Of a stretch of 19,509 nt of DNA, positions 8,726 through 17,215 are shown piece by piece. Positions within the stretch are counted from its first letter, which is position 1; each line of letters begins with the position of its first letter. This DNA is from Promethearchaeota archaeon (GTDB taxonomy: Archaea; Asgardarchaeota; Lokiarchaeia; Sigyniarchaeales; SOKP01). The position numbers were made by a program, and so were the translations under genes. The notes under the pieces were generated by a model. That model did not search any database. It was not told the DNA's origin and saw only the letters and a program-made list of their open reading frames with translations. The DNA lies in NCBI GenBank assembly GCA_048941265.1, contig JBHLNT010000071.1:1-19509 (forward strand). The letters run 5' to 3'.

Positions 8726-9580
8726 TTACCCCATTATAATCAAATCATCATTAATCTGAATGAAGCCTTCTTGTTGTAATTGAACTAATATTTTAGTAAG
8801 TTTATTTTGATTTATTTCTAACTTTTTAATTAACTTCGATGTTGAATAACTTTTATGATTTAAAATTAATTTTAAAATCTTTCCTCTTACTTCCCTATCA
8901 GAACCTTTAAATTGAGATTGTTTTCGATAAGTTCTACTCCTTTTATTAAGTTCAGGATATTTTTTTTTTAACATTACACCATAATCCATAAGAGCATAAT
9001 ACCATTCTCGCGGATTTTCATTGTCAATAGTTTTTTTTACTATTGGTAGGATATTTTTATCATCAACTTTTTGTTTCTGTGGGAAGAAAAAGTAAATATA
9101 TACTCTGCGTATATTTGTTTCTATAAAAATTGATGGTTTATTAAATGCGAATGCAGCAATAGAAGAGGCTGTATTGTGTCCTATTTGAGGAAATGATTTT
9201 AAAATCTCAATTGAATCAGGTAATATTCCCTCATATTCAGTAATTACAGTTTCTGCTATTTTTTTCAAGGCTATAGCTCTTCTGTTATATCCCAAACCTT
9301 GCCATGCTTTTAATACTTCCTCAAGTGAACTTTCTGAAAGAGCTTTAAAATTAGGAAATTTTCTTACAAAATTCAGAAATTTTTCTGATACTCTTCTTGT
9401 CTGAGTCTGCTGAAGCATTATTTCTGAAACTAAGACATTATAAGGAGAGAGATTTTCTCGAAATGGAAATTTTCGGCCGTTCTGCCTATAATATGAATAA
9501 ATAATCTTTTGAAATTCTTGAATTACTTTTTTATTTAAACCACTTTTTTTGTATAATTTATGAAACTCTGATATGAGTAT
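8726..9580 (-). CDS. mutY: A/G-specific adenine glycosylase, short form without Fe-S cluster; start extended to ATA 9580
   Basis: The frame stays open upstream of the ORF-track start (9418): ...FQKIIYSYYRQNGRKFPFRENLSPYNVLVSEIMLQQTQ. Also WQGLGYNRRA, HhH FPQIGHNTA, IETNIRR and ALMDYG. In-frame TAA at 9581-9583. Confidence 0.85.
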   Translation of the reverse strand: MLISEFHKLYKKSGLNKKVIQEFQKIIYSYYRQNGRKFPFRENLSPYNVLVSEIMLQQTQTRRVSEKFLNFVRKFPNFKALSESSLEEVLKAWQGLGYNRRAIALKKIAETVITEYEGILPDSIEILKSFPQIGHNTASSIAAFAFNKPSIFIETNIRRVYIYFFFPQKQKVDDKNILPIVKKTIDNENPREWYYALMDYGVMLKKKYPELNKRSRTYRKQSQFKGSDREVRGKILKLILNHKSYSTSKLIKKLEINQNKLTKILVQLQQEGFIQINDDLIIMG

Positions 9581-9743
9581 TTATATGCACCAATTATGTT
9601 GTTAAGAATGATAATTCGTGAGTTAAAAAGAATTTAGTGACTATATCTTATAAATCTTCTAAATTAATTTTTTAGGAATTATTTGTAATGCAATAGTTCT
9701 AATTGGAACTATTATTTTATTATTTATATTGTTGTTTTTTTAT

Positions 9744-9980
9744 CTAATACTCCCTTCCACGCCAAGTATCTCTTAAATTAAAGTTCATCAATTCTTCAGG
9801 GAAAGGATCTCTTGGTACCCCTAGACCAATTTCAAATTCAGCACATAGAGGGCGAAAATTCGTACATTTTTTTAAAATTTCAACGAAAGGACTCTTAATT
9901 ATACTGCCATTCCATCGACAATAATCAAATTCAATGCATTTGCTAATAACTACGTCTGGTTTTATCAATTTGGTTAGCAT
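9744..9980 (-). pseudogene. Internally deleted DUF523/DUF1722 (YbgA-like, 2-thiouracil desulfurase domain) gene
   Basis: N-terminal DUF523 motifs ISKCIEFDYCRWNG and LCAEFEIGLGVPRDP run directly into PFPEELM, which resembles the DUF1722 C-terminus; only 78 aa. Confidence 0.72.
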
Positions 9981-9995
9981 GCTTAAAATAATAGA

Positions 9996-11912
9996 CTAAG
10001 ATTGTTTCGTGATATCCATAATAAAATCTAAAACTCCTCCCTCCATATGCCTAAATGTTATTTTATATCCTGCATTATCAATAATATGAAGCATTGGTCT
10101 ATTTTCAAGGAGAATTGAACCTGAAAATGATTTATATTTTAGTTCACGAGCGATTTTAACCAAAATATTCAACAAAAATTTAGTAATTCCAAGACCACGC
10201 CAATTTTTATGAGTGACAAATGCCAATTCTGCTATTGAGAGGTTTTCTGTCCTGAAGATTCCTCCAATTGCTATGATTTTTTTCTCGCTATCTTCAGAGT
10301 ATTCTCCAACTAATATCATATTCGTCGAATAATCAATATTTATCATAGGTTGAACTAATCTATGGCGGAAATCATGCACAGGAGTAAAAAATCGATAATA
10401 GCGATCTTGATCATCTAACGAATAATGGAGTTCCTGAAACATTCTCTCATCCGTCGGCTTTACTGGACGGATTTTAATAGTCTTTCCATTTTCTAATTTA
10501 AGAAAAGTCTCATACTTTTGAGGATAAACACTTATTCTTCCGTCTATAGACACGGGTAATTTCTGATCCGAATATACATAATTCCATTTCTTCGCATGTT
10601 CCAGCAATTTTTCTCTAAAATCAGGATGAGCTATATTTATCATTTCAAGGACTCTCTCTCTTATACTTTTACCATAAAGATAGGCAATTCCCCATTCAGA
10701 TACCACATAATGGACGTCTCCACGGGTTATAACTACTCCAGAACCAGTTTGAAGATGAGGAACAATTCGAGATACTAATGTTCCATCTTTAAGCGATGCT
10801 GTGCTGGGAACAACCATTATTGGCTTACCGTCTTTTGCGCGTCCTGCTCCTCTAATAAAATCGACTTGTCCTCCTATTCCACTATAAAACTGATAACCAA
10901 TAGAATCAGAATTTACTTGTCCTGTTAAATCCACAGTGAGAGCGGCGTTAATAGCTACTTGCTTATGATTTTGACTTATAATATAAGGGTCATTACAATA
11001 TTCTGATGTATGAAATTCTACCATTGGATTATCGCTCACAAAATTATATAACCTTCTTGAGCCCATAACGAATGAGCAAATAATTTTATCCTTATGAATT
11101 GTTTTTCTCTTACAGGTTATGACTCCTTTTTCTACCAGATCAACAACTCCATCAGAAAAAACTTCACTATGAACCCCTAAATCTTTTTTATCTATAAGCT
11201 CCTCCGTTACTGCATTTGGAATTTGACCAATTCCCATTTGAATTGTTGATTCATCTTCTACCAAGCTAGCTACGAATTTTGCTATTTTTTTTGATACATC
11301 ATCTGGTTCGCCATAGTTAAATTCAATAACGTCATGATCAGCAATAATAAACGCATCGATATCGTCCATATGTATAAATGCATCCCCTAATGTACGTGGC
11401 ATTTTAGGATTAATCTCCGCAACTACTGTATCTGCTGCCTCCGCAATAGTTTTAACAATATCGACATTAATTCCAAAACTACAAAATCCATATCTATCAG
11501 GAGGACTGACTTGAATCAGAGCAGTGTCTAAATGCATTTGTCCACTTTTAAATATTCGAGGAATTTCAGATAAAGGCATTGGGGTGTAATCTGCCTGCCC
11601 TCTTTCAACAAAGTTACGCATCGACTTTCCAATGAAGAAAGCATTGTGCCTAAAAAGATCTTCAATTCCACCAGCAGTTTCATAATAATCTAAATCGCTT
11701 AAACTTAAAAAATGTAATATCTCAACATCAGGTAATTTTGGACCTAATTCAATTAATTTCTGGGTAAGATTTATTGGTTCCGCACAACCAGAATCTATAA
11801 ATATTCGGTCACCTGGTTTGATGTATTTCTTAATTGCTTTAGTGAGTGTGACTTGCTTGTTTTGATATTTACTAACTATTTTATCAATCTCTTCATGCTG
11901 ATTTGTAGACAA
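9996..11912 (-). CDS. Acetyl-CoA hydrolase/transferase family protein fused to a C-terminal GNAT acetyltransferase
   Basis: SGCAEP, QVSPPDRYGFCSFG, QMGIGQIP, GVHSEVFSDG (catalytic Glu), SGIGGQVDF and VVSEWG, then the GNAT part IRPVKPTDE...RYYRFF...AELAFVTHKNWRGLGI. Start moved to TTG 11912 because the GTG at 11921 lies inside the AGGTGA SD. Confidence 0.92.
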   Translation of the reverse strand: MSTNQHEEIDKIVSKYQNKQVTLTKAIKKYIKPGDRIFIDSGCAEPINLTQKLIELGPKLPDVEILHFLSLSDLDYYETAGGIEDLFRHNAFFIGKSMRNFVERGQADYTPMPLSEIPRIFKSGQMHLDTALIQVSPPDRYGFCSFGINVDIVKTIAEAADTVVAEINPKMPRTLGDAFIHMDDIDAFIIADHDVIEFNYGEPDDVSKKIAKFVASLVEDESTIQMGIGQIPNAVTEELIDKKDLGVHSEVFSDGVVDLVEKGVITCKRKTIHKDKIICSFVMGSRRLYNFVSDNPMVEFHTSEYCNDPYIISQNHKQVAINAALTVDLTGQVNSDSIGYQFYSGIGGQVDFIRGAGRAKDGKPIMVVPSTASLKDGTLVSRIVPHLQTGSGVVITRGDVHYVVSEWGIAYLYGKSIRERVLEMINIAHPDFREKLLEHAKKWNYVYSDQKLPVSIDGRISVYPQKYETFLKLENGKTIKIRPVKPTDERMFQELHYSLDDQDRYYRFFTPVHDFRHRLVQPMINIDYSTNMILVGEYSEDSEKKIIAIGGIFRTENLSIAELAFVTHKNWRGLGITKFLLNILVKIARELKYKSFSGSILLENRPMLHIIDNAGYKITFRHMEGGVLDFIMDITKQS

Positions 11913-12198
11913 TAGTATCACCTAATGATAAAATAACTTAATAGATAAAATAAATTCTTTTAATATTTTAAATATATCACGATAAAAGTCTAAAAAGTCA
12001 ATTAAATCTATGCATCAAATATTCAAATAAGTCTTATAAGAATATGGATTTAAAAATAAAGATTATTAGATATATTTTAATAAAAAATTTTATTTAATTC
12101 CATAATTACTTAAAGGTAAGTCATCATTAATTATTTGAAATAATTTAATTATTTCAACCTAATTTGTAAAAATATAACATCTAAAATATTGGATTGAA

Positions 12199-13158
12199 AT
12201 GATCTATTCCTTATTCCTATATCAGAGCACATCGGGACTTTTATTATATGATAAAAACTTTCAAGATGTAAGTGATGGTAAACTTGAAATGTTTTCAGCC
12301 TTTTTTTCTGCATTGAAATCGTTCATTTCAGAAATGGTTCTGAGTGGTTCTAAAGAATTAAAAAATATCGAATTAGGGGATTATTTTGTTCTAATTACAT
12401 ATATTCCTGAAACGGAATCCGATCTCGTTATAATTGCCGATAAGGAAGACAACAAAACAATTAATAAATTAATTCCTAAAGTAGTTAAAATTATCTTAGA
12501 TTATAAAGAGTTATTTATCAATTGGGATCAAAGTGTAAAAACATTTAAGATATTAGATAAGCCATTAACTGAGCTTATTCTTTCGAAAAAGAAATTAGTT
12601 GAGGGAACCTCTTTAATTGAAAAACAAGATATTGTGTTAAAATCTATCTGGTCTCATAAAAAGGATGTATCAGATGAAATTAAGAAATCTCTAATTGATG
12701 AAAAAATAGTGTTACAAAGAAAATTATTAAAAACCGAAAATTTTAGGGAAAAACTAGCTTTAACTGAAAAATTGATTCAAATCTCAGGCAAACTGAAAGA
12801 TGAGGAAGGTTTTATTCAATTTCAAAAAGAAGCAAAAGGCATTAAAGATGAGATTATCGATAGAAAAATAAAATTACAATATTACTTAGAAAGAGCTAAA
12901 GCAGAGTTAAGCAAGACGGTAGATAATTTAGGGAGAAAAACATTAAAAGATGGAGATTATAAGGATACCTATTTAAATCTATATTCCTTTAGTAGCAAGC
13001 TTAAAAATTTAACTGATTCAAATACATTTGAAATTTATCAAGATTTAGCAAAAGCCTTAATCGAGAAAGATAAACTTAATGTTGATGAACTCTCTCATGT
13101 TATTTCTCAAATTTTGGCTATGAAAGATGATGTGGACACTTATTTAAAATTAAAATAG
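12199..13158 (+). CDS. Longin-like domain protein with helical C-terminal region
   Basis: N-terminal ~130 aa show the longin pattern: IYSLFLYQS, GLLLYDKNF, helix MFSAFFSALKSFISEM, LKNIELGD, FVLITY, LVIIAD, then two helices. Confidence 0.7.
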   Translation: MIYSLFLYQSTSGLLLYDKNFQDVSDGKLEMFSAFFSALKSFISEMVLSGSKELKNIELGDYFVLITYIPETESDLVIIADKEDNKTINKLIPKVVKIILDYKELFINWDQSVKTFKILDKPLTELILSKKKLVEGTSLIEKQDIVLKSIWSHKKDVSDEIKKSLIDEKIVLQRKLLKTENFREKLALTEKLIQISGKLKDEEGFIQFQKEAKGIKDEIIDRKIKLQYYLERAKAELSKTVDNLGRKTLKDGDYKDTYLNLYSFSSKLKNLTDSNTFEIYQDLAKALIEKDKLNVDELSHVISQILAMKDDVDTYLKLK

Positions 13159-13224
13159 GTTCTATTAAAAATCATAATTTTCATATCAGATGGTATTTCT
13201 TTTTAATTAGGAAGATCCTTAACT

Positions 13225-13863
13225 CTAACGCGAGGAAAAGATCATCCTAACAATTTGGTTGATAAATTTGCTCCTTTGTATCTTACAAATATGTGCAACT
13301 TTTTTATAATTAAACGATTCTGCTAGAGCATTTAAGTATGAGATGTTATATAAAATTGAGATATTTTTATTATTTCTCATAAAAAGATTATCTAGTGCTT
13401 CTTGAATCTCATCTTCACTCAGACTATAAGAATTTTTATGAGATTTCTTACTAATCCTCTTTTTCACTTCTTCGATAGAATCATTAAAATGTATATCTCT
13501 TATTCTCGAAATTAATGAACTTAAAACAAGAGTATATATAATTACATTTCCAGTTTCCGAATTTTCGCCCTTAAAATGTTCAAGTTTATTTTCTAGATCT
13601 TTATGTATTTGTTGGATGGTTTCTTCATTTATACCCTTAATTTTTTTGAAAGGAACGAGAAATTTCTTATAATTTCCTTCTAAGAAATACTTTAGATTCT
13701 CATTAAATAAGTCTTTGAATTTCTTTACGATTTGACCAGATTTACTGATTTTTACTTTTATATCAGGAGTTCTGCCCAGAATTATATCTTGTCCATCCTT
13801 GTAAAATTGTTGTGAAACTAGGTTGTCCGTTGCGTCAAACAGTTTTCTCTTCTCCACATTCAA
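13225..13863 (-). CDS. Hypothetical protein
   Basis: 212 aa ORF, TTG start with AGTGA SD, convergent with the longin gene; no recognised motif. Confidence 0.78.
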   Translation of the reverse strand: MNVEKRKLFDATDNLVSQQFYKDGQDIILGRTPDIKVKISKSGQIVKKFKDLFNENLKYFLEGNYKKFLVPFKKIKGINEETIQQIHKDLENKLEHFKGENSETGNVIIYTLVLSSLISRIRDIHFNDSIEEVKKRISKKSHKNSYSLSEDEIQEALDNLFMRNNKNISILYNISYLNALAESFNYKKVAHICKIQRSKFINQIVRMIFSSR

Positions 13864-14122
13864 AGCTATTTCACTTTAATGTCGGTATTAATATTTGTTT
13901 CTAAATAATAATAAAAATTCAACGTTTTAACTATTTGTAATAATGATACTACTTACAAAATCATAATATTATTTTCAGTAATATCAACATATCATCAATA
14001 ATTTATTATCAAAAATAGAAAAAGATATAATTACGAGAAGAGTTTATTTAACTAATAATGTTGATTCGGATTTTTCCAATAATAAATTTATACAAAAAAT
14101 TAAAACTAGAAGGTGATAAATT

Positions 14123-15814
14123 ATAGGTCTGAGATTAAGTTCAACGTTGGCAATGGTGGCGCTATTTGGCCTCATTTATGCAATTGTGTTTACTATTGGT
14201 ATTTGGTTTAGTTGGTCATTGTGGTTAATGGTTGGAATTACACTATTCCTTATCTTCTTTCAATATTTGATATCACCCATCCTGATTAATTGGGTGTATC
14301 ATATAGAATGGATTCCCTACGACCAATTTAGAAATCAATTCCCCCATTTGGCAGAGGCTGTTGACAAAGTGATTGCTGTTAGAGGAATCAAAACCCCCCG
14401 TATGGGTATTATACGAGATGGGAACCCTAACGCTTTTACTTTTGGATGGACAAAAAATAGTGCCAGAATTGTAATTACAACAGGAATCTTAAATTATCTA
14501 AATGAAGAGGAGCAAAAGGCTGTTGTGAGCCATGAATTAGGCCATGTAGTTCATAATGATTTTATATTAATGACATTAGTCTTTGCAGTTCCACTAATTT
14601 TATTAACTATTGCAAGATGGGCTTACTATGCCAGTTGGTTTTCCAGGACCAGAGATAAAGAAGGAGCTATCATAAGATTAGTACTTATCGCAATCGCTAT
14701 TTTATCTTTCATCGCATATTATATTGGTTATCTTATATCCCTAATCATCAGTCGAATAAGAGAATATTATGCTGATGAACATGCTGGAGAGCTTACAGAG
14801 AACCCAAATGCTTTATCTACAGCCCTGGTAAAAATTGCTTATGGTTTATTAATTGATGCTCAATATGAGGAAAAACAAAAGTCAGGTGTTAGAGCTCTAA
14901 GAAGTATTGGAATTTTCGATCCTAAAAGTGCAGTTTCGTTTGCAGCAGAAAGTATGAGTAGTTCAGGAAGATATTCCAAGGACGCAATTCAGGCTGCAGC
15001 AGCTTGGGATCTTTTTAATCCATGGGCTAAATATTATCAAATGTATAGTACCCATCCACTCCCCGCGAAACGGATAATGAGACTAAATAATCAATGCGAA
15101 TTGTATGGAATTAAACCAGAGTTAGACTTCTCAAAAGCTAAGCAAATAAAGAAAGAACAAGTAGGTAAAACTATGATGGATGAATTTTTAGTCGATGTAG
15201 CAGTGAAATTCTTGCCACTATTAATTTTTATCGCTTTAGTTGGAATGACAATACTTTGGATTTTTGGAGCCGCAGGATTTTCAAATATTCTAATAAATAC
15301 ATTTACACTTTCTAACCTCATACTATTCTGGGCCGTTGGTTTTTATCTTATCGGTTTTGGTTCACTTATAAAAACCAAATTTGTCTATAAAGGCGGATTT
15401 GAACCAAAGAATGTCATAGATTTGGTAACAAATATAAAAGTTTCGCCAATACGTACTGTTCCAACCTTTATAGAGGGAAGAATTATTGGAAGGGGTATGC
15501 CCGGCTATTATTTCGGTGAAGATTTATATTTACAAGATAATACTGGCTTATTATATGTTGATTATAGGTTTGGTTTAGGCATAGTAGATTTCTTTTTCGC
15601 CATTACTCGAGTTAAAAAAATAGTTGGTCAGAGAGTAAGAATTAAAGGATGGTATCGCCGTGGACCTAGTCCTTATATTCAAGTCGATACAATTGAAACC
15701 GAGACAGGAAAGCGATATCGAAATTATGCAAAACATATGACATATATCTGGGCAGTCCTCGCTTTCATAATTGGCTTGGTGTTATTCTATATCTGGTATG
15801 CCATACTTCCTTAA
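14123..15814 (+). CDS. htpX: Zinc metalloprotease HtpX (M48), long form with C-terminal membrane and OB-like extension; proposed ATA start
   Basis: PNAFTFG, ITTGIL, HELGH (HExxH), SRIREYYAD, ALVKI, STHP. AGGTGA SD at 14111-14116 lies 6 nt before ATA 14123 (IGLRLSSTLAMVALF); the ORF track uses TTG 14147. Confidence 0.9.
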   Translation: MGLRLSSTLAMVALFGLIYAIVFTIGIWFSWSLWLMVGITLFLIFFQYLISPILINWVYHIEWIPYDQFRNQFPHLAEAVDKVIAVRGIKTPRMGIIRDGNPNAFTFGWTKNSARIVITTGILNYLNEEEQKAVVSHELGHVVHNDFILMTLVFAVPLILLTIARWAYYASWFSRTRDKEGAIIRLVLIAIAILSFIAYYIGYLISLIISRIREYYADEHAGELTENPNALSTALVKIAYGLLIDAQYEEKQKSGVRALRSIGIFDPKSAVSFAAESMSSSGRYSKDAIQAAAAWDLFNPWAKYYQMYSTHPLPAKRIMRLNNQCELYGIKPELDFSKAKQIKKEQVGKTMMDEFLVDVAVKFLPLLIFIALVGMTILWIFGAAGFSNILINTFTLSNLILFWAVGFYLIGFGSLIKTKFVYKGGFEPKNVIDLVTNIKVSPIRTVPTFIEGRIIGRGMPGYYFGEDLYLQDNTGLLYVDYRFGLGIVDFFFAITRVKKIVGQRVRIKGWYRRGPSPYIQVDTIETETGKRYRNYAKHMTYIWAVLAFIIGLVLFYIWYAILP

Positions 15815-15818
15815 AAAA

Positions 15819-15862
15819 TTTATTTTAATTATTTTTTTTTATATTTTTTGCACTTTTTTTTT
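15819..15862 (+). terminator. Poly-T tracts after htpX
   Basis: Several T7-T9 runs directly downstream of the stop codon. Confidence 0.45.
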
Positions 15863-15937
15863 CAAGATTATATCATAAACAATTAAAAGTGGATTCATTA
15901 TATGTTATCAGTTGAAAAAATATGATCTCACTAATCT

Positions 15938-15954
15938 AAAAGTAAGTATATAAG
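15938..15954 (+). promoter_or_regulatory. Putative BRE/TATA box for the U32 gene
   Basis: Purine-rich AAAAGTAAG followed by TATATAAG about 29 nt before ATG 15983; no SD, consistent with a very short leader. Confidence 0.35.
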
Positions 15955-15982
15955 TGACCTATAATCCTAAAACTGAATTATC

Positions 15983-17215
15983 ATGAGTAAAAAAGTTGAA
16001 TTAATGGCTCCTCTAAAGAATTACAAATCTTTAAATGCGGTTTTGAATAAAACAGATGCTGTTTATTTTGGTATTGAATCATTAAACATGCGAATGTATA
16101 GTGATAATTTTAAGCTTGAAGATTTGAATGAGATTGTAAAACTATGCCATGATAATCATATTCGAGCCTATTTGACTACTAATGTAATAATTTATGATTA
16201 TGAATTTGAATTGCTGGACAAAATATTAAATAAAGCAGTAGAAGCAGAAATTGATGCTGTAATCATTCACGATATTGGAGCAATTGAACTAGCAAAAGAA
16301 AAAGGGTTGAAGTTTCATATTTCAACTCAAGCAAGCATTTCGAATTCTCGAACTGCACAGTTTTATGAGTTATTAGGGGCTGAAAGGCTAATACTCGCTA
16401 GAGAATTGTCTTTAGAGCAAATTAAGCAAGTAAAAAGTAACTTAAAAACAAGTCAAATTGAAGTATTCGTACATGGTGCTCAATGTACATCAATTTCGGG
16501 AAGATGCTATTTTTCAGCAGAAGTATGTGGTTCTCAAGATTATTCGGCAAATAGAGGGAAATGTATACAGCCTTGTCGTAGAAAATGGAGGGTGCAAGAT
16601 GATCAGAACAATGAGTTCCTTTATGATGGAGTTTTTTTCATTAATGCTAAGGATCTCTGCATGATAGAGCATATCCCTGAATTGATTGAGGCAAACATAG
16701 ATGCGTTTAAAATAGAGGGTCGGATGAGAGGTCCAATTTATATTGAAGAGGCGGTTTCCTGCTATCGCGAAGCAATTGATGCTTATTATGATAAATCATA
16801 TTCAGAAGAAAAAGTAATCCAGTGGTTAAATCGATTAAAAAAAGTTTATAATAGGGGCTTTTCTACAGGTTTTTATTTTGGATTACCAAAAGGAAGCGAA
16901 ATTGAAAGAGAAAGAGAAGGAAATGTCTCTGATTTTAAGAAAATAGAAATTGGTAAAGTATTGTCATACTACCCCGAAAAAAAAGCAGCTAAAATTCTAT
17001 TAACATCTGGAAAACTGAAATTAAATGATGAAATTTATATAATAGGGACTCATACAAGCACGTACCTACGTCAAAAAATTAAGTCTCTTCAAATAAAACA
17101 AAAAAAGAACTTAACTGAAACTCCTTTGGTTAAAAGTAAAAGTATTAGTGTTGGAATTTTAGTGGATAAACCTGTTAAGAAGAACGATAAAATATTCAAA
17201 CTAGAAACAAATTAA
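15983..17215 (+). CDS. U32 family Fe-S RNA hydroxylase (TrhP/YegQ-like)
   Basis: ELMAP, DAVYFG, HISTQAS, ILARELS, HGAQCTSISGRC...NRGKCIQPCR (four Cys), KDLC, KIEGR, RGFSTGF, plus a C-terminal beta-barrel (IGKVLSYY...LNDEIYIIG). Confidence 0.9.
   Translation: MSKKVELMAPLKNYKSLNAVLNKTDAVYFGIESLNMRMYSDNFKLEDLNEIVKLCHDNHIRAYLTTNVIIYDYEFELLDKILNKAVEAEIDAVIIHDIGAIELAKEKGLKFHISTQASISNSRTAQFYELLGAERLILARELSLEQIKQVKSNLKTSQIEVFVHGAQCTSISGRCYFSAEVCGSQDYSANRGKCIQPCRRKWRVQDDQNNEFLYDGVFFINAKDLCMIEHIPELIEANIDAFKIEGRMRGPIYIEEAVSCYREAIDAYYDKSYSEEKVIQWLNRLKKVYNRGFSTGFYFGLPKGSEIEREREGNVSDFKKIEIGKVLSYYPEKKAAKILLTSGKLKLNDEIYIIGTHTSTYLRQKIKSLQIKQKKNLTETPLVKSKSISVGILVDKPVKKNDKIFKLETN

Noticed and set aside
10596-10778. 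Plus-strand 60 aa ORF
   Set aside because: Antisense within the CoA transferase gene.
15091-15321. Minus-strand 76 aa ORF
   Set aside because: Antisense within htpX.
16458-16664. Alternative-frame 68 aa ORF inside the U32 gene
   Set aside because: The main frame is intact through the Cys motifs; no SD or frameshift evidence.
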